Assembly: GCF_020745735.1 (NCBI RefSeq)
Contig: NC_083447.1
Coordinates: 11,550,035 to 11,614,034 of the forward strand
Direction: 5' to 3'
Origin: Hemiscyllium ocellatum
Taxonomy: Eukaryota
Length of the DNA: 64,000 bases
Position numbers and translations under genes: made by a program
Notes under the pieces: model-generated
Database searches by the model: none
What the model was told of the DNA's origin: nothing
What the model saw: the letters and a program-made list of their open reading frames with translations, nothing else
In this document: positions 25,805 to 39,530 of the stretch, piece by piece
Layout: each line of letters starts with the position of its first letter
Numbering within the stretch: the stretch's first letter is position 1

Positions 25805-26451
25805 CTGAAACAGAAACACTATTGATGACTTATCTGCAGTTTAAGCATGAAAGACTAATGTACAAATCCACATCAGAATTATGTTATGTAGACTACAAAT
25901 ACACATTAAGTAATTGTGAAATATCCAATGGAGGTCGACAGTAAGACATACGGGTCCTGGATGAAGCTGCCTGACTTAAAGTGGCCTATGGACTCTTGTT
26001 CCTTGTTCAAAAATTTCTCAACCAGAATGAAGAAACTGAACAAACTTAGTTAAAAATAATATTCTTTAGGATACATGCAAGAAGTATGTAATATTCAAAT
26101 CAAAACAAATACCCTAGGAGTTAGTATCCAACCAAGGTCAATGAGGAAAAGCAACAAAGGTCTCCAAAAGATACAGAGGTCAGCATAGATCAACAACCAT
26201 CAGTTATTATAATAAAGTGTTCAAAATTTCTCTCTTCCCAATATATGTTACTTCAGAGGTTAGCATTATGTTGTACAATAGGGTCAGAGATGTACATAAC
26301 AGAAACACACCCTTTGGTCCAACTCTCAATCCTCAAAACAAAACAAAAACAATCCTCAATTCAGTCTTAAATGGACCCTGAGTTTTAGATTTTCAGAGGA
26401 GGAGACATCCTTTCCACATTCACCTGGTCAAAACGACACCAAAACTTTATG

Positions 26452-26596
26452 CAGAGAAACCTCGATTAACTGAACGACACTGGAGGGAGTATTTTCTTCA
26501 GATAATCGTATAGTTGCATAATACAGTTTAACCAAGCATCGGGACTTTGCTGTCTTGTTCGGAAAATCCAAAATTCAGATAATCGCCGTTCCTCTG
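26452..26596. mobile_element. Tigger/pogo-like MITE
   Basis: Imperfect 17-bp TIRs (cagagaaacctcgatta / taatcgccgttcctctg, 14/17 matches) followed by TA. Confidence 0.6.
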
Positions 26597-27055
26597 TATT
26601 CCAATCAAGTCAGCTTTAAACTTCTAAGCTCTACTGGAATCAAGTTTAGCTTGTCTAATCTTTCCTCAAAGAGATCACTTCATCCCATGTATTATTCTGT
26701 GAACCTTCTCTGAACTGCTTCCAATGCACTTATATGCTTTCTTAGAAAAAGGAGAATACTATACACATACTTCAGATGCAGCCTAACCATTGTCCTGTAT
26801 AACTATTTTGTGATTTTTAACTAGAAATTTCAACAGCTGTCTTAATTTTACCAAATGACTCAGCTTTTCCTACTATCTGGAGTGGAGAATTCCAAAGTTT
26901 AACCATCAGTGAAGAGGTTTCTCTTCATCTCAGTCTTAAAGAGCTTGTACTTTATTCTGAAATTGTGTCCCTGGTTCTAGAGCCCACAGTCATGGGAATC
27001 AAATGGAATTATCCTTTTAAGATCAACTACATTCACATGCCTGTTCTAAACATTT

Positions 27056-27216
27056 TCTGGATTAGCGGTGCTGGAAGAGCACAGCAGTTCAGGCAGCATT
27101 CGAGGAGCAGTAAAATCGACGTTTCGGGCAAAAGCCCTTCTCCTCCTCGGATGCTGCCTGAACTGCTGTGCTCTTCCAGCACCACAAATCCAGAATCTGC
27201 AGTCATTGTTTTTAAC
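27056..27216. mobile_element. Fold-back Penelope-pLTR mini-insertion in TBCB intron 4
   Basis: Inverted arms gtgctggaagagcacagcagttcaggcagcat / atgctgcctgaactgctgtgctcttccagcac. Partial hammerhead on the minus strand. Imperfect direct repeat cctgtt(c/a)taaacattt on both sides. Confidence 0.75.
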
Positions 27217-27634
27217 CCTGTTATAAACATTTATTATGTGCCAAACCATAGATGCACTTGGTTTGGGGGCTTGGTTAGCTCAGTTGGCTGGTCAGCTGAT
27301 TCACGATGCAGAGTGATGCTAACAGTGTAGATTTTATTCCAGTAGGCCGAGGTCACCATGATGGTTCATGCATTCTCAAATGTGCCCCTCACCTGAGTCA
27401 AAGTGACCCTCAGGTTAAACTCAACCAACTGTTTCTAATGAAAAACTGCCCTGTGGACCTATGGAACTATGGTTTAATAATTTGCGCTTAATTCAGCGTG
27501 TGAACAATTGTCTCAATTCAAAAGATTAAATCACTTATGGAATACAGCCCACATTACAGGTCCACATACAAAGTTTTTTTTCCTTTAAAAAGTTAACCAT
27601 TGTGGATTCTCCCACCAAGTCACAACCAACTTAC

Positions 27635-27826
27635 CCACATACATTACGGTGCCTCGTTTGGATGGCTGCCCTGAAATTACAACCTCACATCTTGCACCAA
27701 CTAGAATGGCATCAGCCAAAGCTTTTTCTTCGTGTATTCTCCGCTCAAGCTCAATTTTATCTTTTTCTTTCTGCTCCTCATTATACAAGCCCAATTTACT
27801 TTGCTTCAGGAACAAACGCATCGAAT
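27635..27826 (-). CDS. TBCB: TBCB exon 4 (192 nt)
   Basis: (D)SMRLFLKQSKLGLYNEEQ...VGARCEVVISGQPSKRGTVMYV(G); donor GTAAGT. Confidence 0.95.
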
Positions 27827-30191
27827 CTAAAATAGAAACCAGGTAGTTATTTGGTTACAAACTGCCAGAAGTTTTTTCAGATAAAACTACTCCATCAGGT
27901 TTGAGTGAGAGAAAGAGAGACAGACGGAGATAGACGGATTAACAATTTCATACAGAAGTTAAACAATTGAAATCTTTCTGACTCGTGTCACAGACCAAAC
28001 TTCACCCATCAGCTCTCAGCAAAACTAGCTTAGTACTTTCTGTACTACGCACCTACTAACTCCTCCTCTCCAAAAGCCGATGGATCGAAGTGCTCCTGTT
28101 TCAAACTAAAAATGCTTTATTTTTCCTTACGTAGGTGTAGACTTTATTTTGTGATTATGAACTGTTAAAATGTGGAAATTAGAAGCTGCATAATTAACTA
28201 CAGGGCAAGCCCTGCATCCACAGGTCCGGTTACAGCGGTTTACTGTGACCCAAACATATAAAAAGGGAACTGTCCAGAACCAGGAAGCTGCCGGGAAGAT
28301 ACATTTCCCATTTAAATTTGTGGTCTTGGCCTTCTGCAGTAGGTCTTTGAACGTACCCCTGGTGGAGGGGAGGGTGGGGAGAAGGAGAACTACTGTATGA
28401 GGAAAGAAGGCCAGACTGAAAATATGATAAGACTGCATTTTGTTCACACCCCTATTTACTCATCAGCTGCTAAGAATGCTACTTATCAACATGATATGCT
28501 GCCATCTTGCCACTGTACTAACTTGAGCATGGCCAGTTAGCCAAGCTGGGGCCCATGCTCTTAATTCCATGTTGGATTGCTACTGTCCAAGCTGGGAGGT
28601 TAGTATGATCTCCATGAGAATCCGTTTTCTCAAAGTTCTGCATTACAGAACAGAACAGTAAACATTAGAATGTTTGTACAGGAATATTTGGCAAAATTTT
28701 AGTGAGATATGCTATTAAAATGAATTATAAATTGAAACAAAGTAAAAGCTAAACTTCAAAAAACAGTTTAGCCTCAGTCAATGTGGTCCATCAGTGAAAT
28801 ACTTGCACTATCAGAGAGATCTTGAGGATACCCCGAACAGACAATATTTCAGGTGCATATTCCAATCGCTTAAAGATTCACTGCTCCATGCTATCCAAGC
28901 TGTAATTTAAGATTATTTGTTCTAGAATAATTTGTCCAAGGTAACTGCCATGTACAGAAAGTGCAGTAAAAACATTAGGAAGAAACTGTAATTGTAACAA
29001 GATTTTTTCCTTATTTATTCATCCATGGGATATGGAGTCCCTGGCTGGGCCAGCATTTGTTGCCCAACCTTAGTTGTCTGTGAAAAGGTGGCGGTGAGCA
29101 GTCTTCATGATTCACTGCAGTCCACTTGGTTTTGGTATACCCACAATGCTGTTAGGAAGGGAATCCCAGAATTTATTGACACTGAAGGATTGACAATATA
29201 TTTACAAGTCAGGGTGACAAGTATCTTCAGGAGGTACTTGCAGATGCAGATATCTGCTGCCCTGGTCCTTCTAGATGTTAGTGATTCGAAAGGTGTTGTC
29301 TAAGTCCTAGTGAATTTCTGCGGTGCATCTTCTACATGGGTTATGCTGCTGCTACAAAGCACTCATCATGGTGAGGGTCAGAGTGTTTGTGAGTGGATGC
29401 CAATCAAGTCAGCTGTTTTGCCCAGAATGGTGGAAACTTCTGCGAAATACTCTATTCATACGTACACATATTGGATTAGGTCTTGGTTTAAACTCTCAAG
29501 TAAGTTTTTTTTGCCATTTTTTAAACTCCATGGCATGTGAACTTGTGGCTAGAAATAACCACTAGTTAAAAGTTGCTTACACACAAGTTTCATGGGAGGA
29601 CTTAACATAGTTAAGTGACTGCTGTTTAATTCTGCTGAAAATGCAGGCTGTCAGGTTTACGTATGACAAAATCTTGTGCTATAGCATAACGTTGCAACAA
29701 GTCTGAGACAGCAATAAGGAGTTGGACAATGGGACAAGATGGTGGGCTGATTTATGTTCAGTGTTTTGAAGGAGTTCACTCATACTCGCAATAAATACCT
29801 CTATGAAGACTTTGGGCTTTCGTTTACAATTTGCAGATAGACAAGTTCAGAAGGATCAATGAAGGGCATATCTCTACTCAGAAGGCTAGTATAGTTTATT
29901 TCTCATTATGTCTATAGCTTAGAGACATCATGTGTGAAGGATGGGTGCAAAGGCATTTTAAAAAGTTACAAACCAGATTTGGTGTTGCATTCAGCCCTAC
30001 AATTTTCTTAAAATACATCATCTCAGGTGTTTCCTGCACATTTCCTAATTATAACCAGTTCTTTGCCTAACTATTCCATTTTACAAAACCAGTTGCATGC
30101 ATTATTAAATACAGACTATCTTCCATTTAAGTACAAGTATGCAAGAATATCAAAATTAGCCAGTGCAGAACATTGCTCAAAATCATCTTAC

Positions 30192-30288
30192 CTGCTCTTT
30201 TATCATATGCTTCATTGGACATTTCATACTTTATAACTTTAGACACATCTTCAAACTCTCCAATCTTCACTCCACTTTGGTCTATTAC
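30192..30288 (-). CDS. TBCB: TBCB exon 3 (97 nt)
   Basis: [32 protein letters not shown]; acceptor ttgtttttgtag, donor GTAAGA. Confidence 0.95.
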
Positions 30289-30314
30289 CTACAAAAACAA
30301 ATATTTGAAATAAT

Positions 30315-31230
30315 AAGACCATAAGACATTGAAGCAGAAATTAGGCCATTGAGCCCACTGGGTCTGCTCCACCACCCAATCATGGCTGCTAAATTTCTCA
30401 ACCCCATTCTCCCCAAAACCCTGGATACTCAATAACCTATCTACTTCAGTCTTAAATCTACTCAAATGACCTGGCCTTCACAGCCTTCTGTGGCAGTGAT
30501 TTCCATAGATTCACCACTATCTGGCTGAAGAGGTTTCTCCTTATCTCCATTCTAAAAAGGTGTTCCCTTTACTTTCAGGCTGTGACCTCAGGTCCTGGTC
30601 TCTCCTACCAATGGAACATCTTCCCAACATCTACTCTGTCAGGCCAAACCATATTCTGTATGCTTCAATTAGATTTCCCCCCCTCATCATTCTTAACTCC
30701 ATCAAACTTTCCACATACATTAAGCTTTTCATTCCTGGGGCCGTTCTCGTGAACCTCCACTGAACGGACTCCAGGGCCAATACATCTTTCTTGAGATATG
30801 GGACCCAAAACTGCACACAATACAGTAGACTTCCCCCCCCCCCGCCCCGGGTGTACCTATGGGGGATACGTTCCAGGACCTACAGCAGAAGCTCGAAATC
30901 ACGGATTGTAGCAAACCCATTCATTTAAAATGGGAAGCGTACCTTCCCTGCAGCCTCCTAGTCCCTGGTTCCAGAAAGTTCCCTTTTATATGTTCCAGCT
31001 GTGGTAAACCACGGGCAAGTGAAACCGCAGAAAATGGTTCTGCAGACATGGAGGTTGCTTTCGATTCCAAATGTGGTCTGCCCAGAGTCAGAGCATCTGA
31101 GGTACATCCCGACTTTTATATTCAAATCCTCAAAATAAACATAAGCATTGCATTTGCCTTCCTAACTACTGATCCAACTTGCAAGTTTACCTTAAGAGCA
31201 TCCTGGACTAGAACTCCCAAGCCTCTTTGA
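30315..31230 (-). mobile_element. CR1 LINE 3' fragment interrupted by a Tigger-like MITE (30823-31064)
   Basis: QFWVPYLKKDVLALESVQWRFTR on the minus strand. The sequence ctgcacacaaTA|ttccaaatgtgg is split by an insert starting CAGTA and containing 'gggggatacgttccaggacc'. Confidence 0.75.
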
Positions 31231-31859
31231 AACCCAATAAGATGGTAATAATTGTCTGCACAATCTCCGCCCAGTAAAGATAGACTGATGGTCTGCCCAA
31301 TGCCAAAACTAAATCCCATCAAGCACACTATTTCTACTCTATACTGAATCATTCCTACCTTAAAGATTTCTATCTGCACCAAGAGCTTGTCCATACACCC
31401 ATATGGTATTCTGATATTTTGGCATTTTAGCAAAGCTTTTTAAATTTAAAATAAATTATTAATAATAAATATTTAAATTAAATTCCTACCCATCAACTCA
31501 ATAGTGGTGAGGTGAAGTGAATTCACCCCATTATAGGAATTCCACACCACCCAAAACATTTGTGGTTAACACTTCCAAACATGTTCATCTGATTAATTCT
31601 TTCAAATTCCAAGAAGTAAAATTTCTTCTAATGAAAACTACCAAAAAGTGCTCTACATTTTCCCAATTAACAATCACAAACTGAAATAGCATGAATGTGC
31701 CCTTCAGCAACATTACAAAGAAAATTAGTCTGTAAATCTCCAAAGAGGAATTTAGAGCAACAAGTTGATAATATACACAGGTTACTAACTTATTCATCAA
31801 CTTTATTTTGCATTATCTTTTTTTTAATCTAAACATCTGGCAAAAAGTATTAGGAAAAT

Positions 31860-33590
31860 AACATGTTTGAAATAAGTGACGAGGTGTACAAATGAGGATA
31901 GTGCAATTGATTTAATCTCTCTTGGAAGACTGGTTAGATGCAAAAATCCACTGGATCTAGGCAAATTTTGAAATTGGATCCAAAATTGCCTTAGTGGCAG
32001 GAAGCAGAGAATGATTCAGGGGGTGTTTTTGTGACTGGTTGTCTGTGTTCAGGATTCAGTATTGTGTCTCTTGCTATGTGTAGTATAGATCAATAAATTT
32101 GCAGATTTGAAAATTGGTGATGTAGTAAAAAACAAAGGAGGTAAGCCTTGCTCCAGGATATGAGATAGGCAAATAGGAATTAATTCTGAAAAAAAGAGAG
32201 AGGTGATGCCTTTTGGGAGGATGAACGAGACCAGACACATTGAATGGTAGGATCCTAGGAAGTACATTGGGACCTTAGTGTGCATGCACAGATTCTTGAA
32301 GCAGGAAGATAAGGTGTTTAAGAATTGATATGATGTTCTCGCTTTTATTAGTCAAATAACCAAATACAAAGCAGGGTTTAATATTTGAGCTGTATATAAC
32401 ATTAGCACAGCTATAGCTGGTCTACTTGTGTGCAGTTCCAGTCACTACGTTACATCCTGTGCAATCACATCCTTCCTTGTAGACAAAAGTCACCAGGATG
32501 TTGCCTGGGCTAAAGAAATTCAGTTATGAAGGAAGACTAGATGGGTTGGAGTTGTTTTCCTTAGAGCAGAGGATACTTTTTTGGGGATGTAGGGGGTATC
32601 CTGTTTGAGTCATACAGCACAGGAACAAAGCCTTCGGTCCAACTAGTTCATGCAATCATAGTCCCAAACTAAACTTGTCCCAACTGCCTGCACTTAGCCT
32701 ATATCACACTCAAATATTTCTTATTCAATGCATTTATCCAAATGTCTTAAATGTTGTAACTATATTCATACCCACCACTTCCTCTGGAAGTTCATTCCAA
32801 CATGTGGGGTTTACAGCTATGTCTAAATGGTTTCCACTGGATGCTCCGATTTCTTCCCACATTCCAAAGATGTGCAAGTTAGGTGGATTGGCCTTGCTAA
32901 ATTGCCCTGCAGTGTTCAAGGGTGTGCAGGCTAGGTGGATTAGCCACAGTAAACATTGTGTTATGGGGATTGGAGTGGAATGCTGTTGGAGGGTTGGGGC
33001 TGACTCGATGGACTGACTGTCCTTTTCCTGTACTGGAGGGATTTTATGATTCCAATTAAATTTAATATTGTGTGCAATTCTGGTCTCTCTCTTATCAGGA
33101 GGATGCTATGAAACTTGAAAGGGTTCAGAAAAGAGTTAAGGATGTTACCAGGGTTGAAGGGTTTGAACGAAAGGGAGAAGCTGAATAGGCTGGGTAATTT
33201 TCCCTGGAGCATTTGAGGCTGATAGGTGACCTGGATAGGTGGGGAGCATGGATAGGGTAAATAGACAAGGTCTTTTGCCTGGAGTGGTGGAGTCCAGAAC
33301 TAGAGGACATAGGTTCAGGGTGAGGGGAGAAAAATTTAAAAGGGTCCTAAGGAACATTTCACACAGAGGGTGGTGCATGTATGAAATGAACTTAGAGGAA
33401 GTGGTGGAGGCTGGTACAATTACAATATTTAAATGGCATCTGGATGGGTGTATGAAGAATAAGGGTTCAGGGAGACATGGGCTAAGTGCTGGTAAATGGG
33501 ACTAGATTACATTAGGATATCTGGTCAGCATGGACGGGTTGGCCCAAAGAGTCTGTTTCCATGCTGCACATCTCTATGGCTCTAATATCT
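31860..33590 (+). mobile_element. Nested CR1 fragments and a partial V-SINE in TBCB intron 2
   Basis: Decayed RT C-terminal motifs (GVVESRTRGHRFRVRG, EEVVEAGT) plus a SINE tail at ~32815-33050. Confidence 0.7.
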
Positions 33591-34245
33591 TGAAAGGACT
33601 TTACAGGGTGAAAAGACGTTTCCACCTGTCAGAATCTAGAATCAGGTCAGGCAGTTTAAAATTAGAGGCTTTCCATTTAGGATAGAGATAAGAAGAATTT
33701 CTCTTTCTGGGGGATGAGTGTTTATGGAATTCTCTTCACCACAGAGCAGGGTCAGCTGTGTCATCAAATATTTAAAAGCAGAAGTAGATAGATTCTTGAC
33801 CAATAAGCGTGTCAAACGTTAACAGAGGTTGGCAAGAATCAGCTCAGCCAAGATCTTTTTACAGTGGAGGTGGTGGCTTTAGGGACAAAATGGCCCACTA
33901 ATTTGTATATTCCTGACAAGCTTCAAATAGAGCCATGGATATAAACACAAATTTGTCAAGCAAGCTTAGGTCCAGATCATTGGCTTCATACTTCGTACAA
34001 TACCAGCCTTGTTAAATTCAAGCACTAAAAATCAGAAAAAGCAACAATAAGAGCAGAGTGTTAATAGAGGCAACAAGGACCACAGCTAGCACTTGATTAT
34101 ATCAAGGGATTACTAAGAAAAGCATATTGAAAAGAAAGTGGAAGATCAAAAAGGAGAACCTTTGAAATTTACAATATTTTTACTGAAGCTTTTAATTGGG
34201 AGCCTCAGACAGAATGGTATTATTGAAAGCAATTGGGATACTCAC

Positions 34246-34389
34246 ATGTATTCGGCAGCGGTCATCAACAGGATAGGAACCAAGGAGTGCATCATCTTGA
34301 TCTAATGAACCAATGAATTTGTCTTCTGCACTGAATAACTGCAGTTCCATGCAGGAGGCTGGAGAGCCCACAATCAGTTCCAGTTTGCA
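34246..34389 (-). CDS. TBCB: TBCB exon 2 (144 nt, UBL domain)
   Basis: [48 protein letters not shown]; donor GTGAG. Confidence 0.95.
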
Positions 34390-34890
34390 CTATTAAAAAA
34401 GTGAACACCAAGGTTTTAAACACAGCTTAATCACAACGTATCTAGTCTGAACATTAGGTTTGAAACATTTAGTTGCATTTCAAAACATGATGAAACAAGA
34501 AAGAATTAAAAGGGACCTGAGATGCAACTTTTTCACACAGAAGGTGGCTTGCATATGGAATGAACTGCCAGAAGAAGTGTTCAATTCTGGTTGTAGTTAC
34601 AACATTTAAAAGACATTTGGAAAGTACAGGTACATGAAAAGAAAATGTTGAGGGGGATTCTGGGCAAATAGGACTAGTTTCATTGGAAAACCCTGGCAGG
34701 CATAGACAAATTGGACTGAAGAGTCTGTTTCCATCTTGTAAAATTCTCTGACGCTATAAAAGACCAGATGGTATTCTTTCAAGTCACCATAGCCCCAGGG
34801 GAACATAGGGCAATTCTTGTAGTGGCAAAAGATAAGCGGGGGAGTGCGGCGGCGGAAAGAGTCGTGAATCTCCAGCTAATCATGTCTCAG

Positions 34891-35284
34891 GCTGCTGGGC
34901 CCCGCCCCCCACCTCCCCGTCGTCTGCTGGGCCCCGCCCCCCACCTCCCCGTCGTCTGCTGGGCCCCGCCCCCCACCTCCCCGTCGTCTGCTGGGCCCCG
35001 CCCCCCACCTCCCCGTCGTCTGCTGGGCCCCGCCCCCCACCTCCCCGTCGTCTGCTGGGCCCCGCCCCCCACCTCCCCGTCGTCTGCTGGGCCCCGCCCC
35101 CCACCTCCCCGTCGTCTGCTGGGCCCCGCCCCCCACCTCCCCGTCGTCTGCTGGGCCCCGCCCCCCACCTCCCCGTCGTCTGCTGGGCCCCGCCCCCCAC
35201 CTCCCCGTCGTCTGCTGGGCCCCGCCCCCCCGTCGTCTGCTGGGCCGCGCCCCCCACCTCCCCGTCGTCTGCTGGGCCCCGCCC
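34891..35284. repeat. Near-perfect 32-bp GC-rich minisatellite (~12 copies) in TBCB intron 1
   Basis: Unit cgtctgctgggccccgccccccacctccccgt. Confidence 0.95.
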
Positions 35285-35364
35285 ATGTATTAACGCCCTG
35301 TCGTTACTAGTCGCGGCCTGTGGCTCCCTCGCGGCCAACTGCCAACCCTCTCCCTTTCACTTAC

Positions 35365-35487
35365 TTTCAGCTCGGACACGGTGATGCCACGGTTAAACCT
35401 TTTCTCCGAGACAAAAGACGTGAACGGACTAGTAATCCGCAGCTCCACCGCGGGGGCCGAGACCACTTTATAGGACACCTGCTCCAT
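35365..35487 (-). CDS. TBCB: TBCB exon 1 (41 codons)
   Basis: gtcATGG start; MEQVSYKVVSAPAVELRITSPFTSFVSEKRFNRGITVSELK|GTAAGT. The six exons sum to 747 nt (248 aa plus stop). Confidence 0.93.
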
Positions 35488-35489
35488 GA

Positions 35490-35825
35490 CGGCGGGAGAG
35501 CCTTCCACGCTGACAGCCGCCTCGGCTCCTCCTGGCGTTGACTCTCACGGAGCCGGAGGGCACATGCACCAGTTCAGGGGCTGGTTGGCTGTGGTCATAC
35601 ACTGAGGCGGTTAAAGGGACGTTCCGCTGCGGACAGTTTGAATCTCAAGGCCGTTGGCTCGCGCGCTGTCCCTTCCAGAATATTCCAGCAGCGCGAGGGC
35701 GAATAATCGGATTGGTGTCGTGATGGCCGCGCCTCCTTCACATCATCCAATCAGAGGCGCCCGGAATGGCACATGGGTGGGGCTTGCGGGGAATTTCGTT
35801 AAGCGGAAAGGGGGCGGGGTGGTTA
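35490..35825 (-). promoter_or_regulatory. TBCB CpG-island promoter (CCAAT boxes, GC boxes)
   Basis: attgg near 35711 and ccaat near 35747; ggggcgggg near 35811; CpG-rich. Confidence 0.65.
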
Positions 35826-38800
35826 TGACGAGTATGGGGCAAGGGGGTGACAATAAGGGGGAGGGGGCAAAGGGGTGACGATAGGGGGCGGGGATAAAGG
35901 GATGACGATGAGGGGGCGGGGCAAGAGGATGACGATGAGGGGGCGGGGCAAGGGGATGACGATTAGGGGACAAGGGGGTGACAATAGGGGGTGGTTGTTG
36001 ATGGGGGAAGGAGATACTGATGAGTGGGAGGAGTGGCTCATAATAGGGGCAGGAGGTGATGGTGGGGAAGGGGGGTGACGAGGGTGCGGCAAAGGGTGAT
36101 GATAGGGGTGACGATGTGGGGGGGTAAAGGGGTCAGGATTGGGGGGTGCAAGCAGGTGACGATAGAGGATCAAGGGGGTGAGGATGATGGGAGGGCGACA
36201 ATGGGGGGAGCAGGGACAGGTGGGTGACAAAGAGGTGGAGGAGGAGTAGGTGGTGTGTGAGGGAGGGTGATGGTGAGGGGGGCGATGAGGGGAGCAAGAG
36301 GGTCACGATGTGGGGTAGGGTTGTGATTATGGGGGTGTGCGGCAAGGGGTGTGATGATGAGGGGGTGACAATGAGGGGTGAGGGGGCAAGGGTATGACGA
36401 TAAGGGGAAGTGGGGGCAGGGTGAAGAAGGGCGAGGGGGTGATGATGAGGATGGAAGGAGACAAGGGGTTGATGTTGAAGGGGTGACAATGATGGGGAGG
36501 AGGCAAGTGGATGACTATGAGAGGGGCAGAAGGTGATAGTGGGAGGCAGGGGGTGACAGTGGGGGGGATGGGTGTTGATAGGGGAACGGGATAATGATGG
36601 AGGGAAGGGGATAATGATGAGGGAGGAGGAGTGATGATTGGTGAAGGGGTATCTGAGAAGGGGGCAAGGGCATGATTGATGGGGCAGGGGGTGATTGATG
36701 AAGGAGGTGATGCGGGGAAGGGGTGATGGTGGGGGATGGAGGTGATGGTGGGGGATGGAGATGACAATGGGTGTGGGGCAAGAGGGTGATGATGGAGGGT
36801 CAAGGGGTGACTGATGGCGTCAAGGGAGTGATGATGGAGGGTCATGGGGATGATAATGGAGGGTCAAGGGGGTGACAATGGGAGGGGGGTCAAGGGGGTG
36901 ACGACGGGAGGGGGGCAAGGGGGTGGTGATGACGGGGGCAAATGGTGACGAGTAGGAGGAGGTGCGTGATGATGAGAGGAGAGGGGCAAAGGGGTAACAA
37001 GGGGGAAATGGGAATGATGAGGGGGAAGGTGAGTGACGGTGAGAGGGGAGGGGCAAAGAGTTGATGAGAGCAAGGGGGGCAGGGTTTGATGAGGGAAGGA
37101 GGAGGACAAGGGGATGACAATGAGAGTGAGGAGGCAAAGGATTGATTATGAAGGGAGATGGGGGTGTAGTGGGGCAAGGGGGTGATGAAGTGGGTGGTAA
37201 GGAGATGATGGGGGTGCAAAGGGGTGATGAAGGGGGCAAGGGCTGACATTGGGGGGAAAGAGTGATGATATGGAAAAGGGATCATTATGATGGGGGAGGG
37301 GATAATGATGAGGGAAAGGGGAATGATATGGGGGAGGGGATAATAATGGGGGAGGGGTTTGATGGGAAAGGGGATAATGAGGGGGAGGGCAAGGGGTGTG
37401 ATGCTGAGGGGGAGGGATTTGATGGGAAAGGGGATAAAGATGGAGGAGGGGTCTAATGGTAAAGGGGATAATGAAAAGGGGTGAGGCAAGGGGATAATGA
37501 TGAGGGAGGTGGGGTTTGATGGGGAAGGGGATAATGATGAGGGGGAAGAGGTTTGTTGGGGAAGGGGATAATGATGGGGGTGGGAGGGGAAAATGATGAG
37601 GGGGAGGGGTTTGATGGGAAAGGGGAGAATGATGAGGGGGTTGATGGGGAGAAGGGTGTGATTGATGAAGGAGGTGGTACGGGGGAAGGAGGTGATGATG
37701 AGAGAAAGGGGGTGATGATGAGGGGGAATTGGGTGATGGAGGAAGGGGATAATGATGAGGGGGAGGGGGTTGATGAGGGTGGACGGGTGATGATGGGTGG
37801 GGAAGGGGTGACTGATGATGGGGGAGAAGGGTGTGATTGATGATAAGGGGGGAAGGGTGCGATTGATGAAGGTGCTGATGCGGGGGAAAGGATAACGATT
37901 AGGGCAAGGGGTGATGATGAGGGGACAAGGGGGTGATGTGGGGGGATGAGGCAAGGGGTTGATGATGGGGGATGGGAGGAAGGAGGTGACGATGGGGTTG
38001 GGGGAAGGGGTGACGAGGGAGAGCAAGGGGGTGACAATGAGAGGGACGGGGTTATGAGGGAGGCAGGGGATTACAATGAAAGGGAGGGGTCAAGTGGGTG
38101 ACAATGAGGGACAAGGGGGTTACGATGATGGGGAGGGGACAAGGGGGTGATGATGAGGGGGGAGAGGGGCGACGATGGGGTGTAGGGGAGCAGGGTGATG
38201 ATGGGGGAATGAGATGATGGGAAGGGGCTGATGATGGGGGGAAGGGGATGATAATGGGGCGAATGAGATGACAGGAAGGGGCTGATGATGGGGGGAATGA
38301 TGATGATGGGGGAAGAGATGATGATGGGGAAGGGAATGATGGGGGGAAGGGGATGATGATGGGGTGTGATGTGATGTGGGGGAGGGGAAGTTGATGAAGG
38401 AGAGGGTGGATATCGATGGGGGAAGGAGATGATAATGCAGGGAACGGGGATGATGATGGGGGAAAGGGGTGATAATGGGGGTCAAGAGGGTGTTGATGAG
38501 GGGGAGGGGACAAGGGGGTGATGATGGGGAGAGGGGTGACGATGAGGGGGGGTGATGATGGGGTGTAGGGGAGCAGGGTGATAGGGAGGGGATATTGGTG
38601 GGGGAAGAGGATGATTGATGATGAGGGAGGGGATAATCATGACAGGGGAGAGGGGTTGATGTTGGGGGAGGGGTGATGCTGAGGGGAGAGGTATATTAAT
38701 GATGTAGGGTGATTGATGGGAGAAGGACATGACAATGGGGGAATTCGATGACGATATGGGGGAACAGGTGTGATAATGGGGAAAGGGGGTGATTGATGAT

Positions 38801-39530
38801 GAAGGGAAGGGTTAATGATGGGTGAAGGGAATGATGATGGGTAGTGGTTGATGATGGGGGAAGGGGATGAAGATGGGGGATGGGGATGAAGATGGGGAAG
38901 AGGATGATGCTGGGGGAAGTGAATGAAGATGGGGGAAGGGGATGAAGATGGGGGTGATGGTGGGTGTGATGGGGATGATGTTGGTGGAGGGGATGATGAT
39001 GGAGGAAGGGGATGATGATGGGGAGAAGGGGGTAATGGGGTGAAGGAGATGATGGGGAAGGGGTTGATGATCGGGGAGGGGAAGTTGATGAGGGAGAGGG
39101 TGGATATCGATGATGGGGGAAAGGGGGTGATTAATGATGAGGAAGGAGATGATAATGTGAGGAACGGGGATGATGATGGAACGGGGTGATGATGGGGGAA
39201 GAGGATGATGGGGATGTAGTGGATGATGTTGGGGGAAGGGGATGATGAAACTGGGTGGAATGGTTTGGTGGGGAGAGGAGATGATGGAGGGGTGATGTAG
39301 GGAGGAAAAGAGGATGATGGGGCTGGTGTGGGGAGGGAGGTGTTGATGGGGCGATGTGGGAGACGGAATGATGATTGGAGGGTTTGTGGGGAGGGGATGA
39401 TGTGGGGAGGGAGGGAGGGGAAAGAATGATGATGGGGGTGATGTGGGGAGGGGGATGGGTGGTTGATGTGGTGGGGGGGGTGAAGGGTTGATGATGTGGG
39501 TGGAGGGGTAAGGGGTGGATGATAGGATGG
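35826..39530. repeat. G/A-rich low-complexity tract (GGGG/GAT cryptic repeat), part 1
   Basis: The plus strand is almost devoid of C and built from gatgatg, ggggga and aagggg motifs without a fixed period. Confidence 0.95.

Noticed and set aside
28430-28470. CTGATGAG on the minus strand as a hammerhead or C/D snoRNA
   Set aside because: No stem II/GAAA follows, and I found no convincing terminal stem with a D box.
34768-35338. Pro-rich and Gly-rich ORFs at the TBCB 5' end
   Set aside because: Products of the 32-bp intronic repeat.
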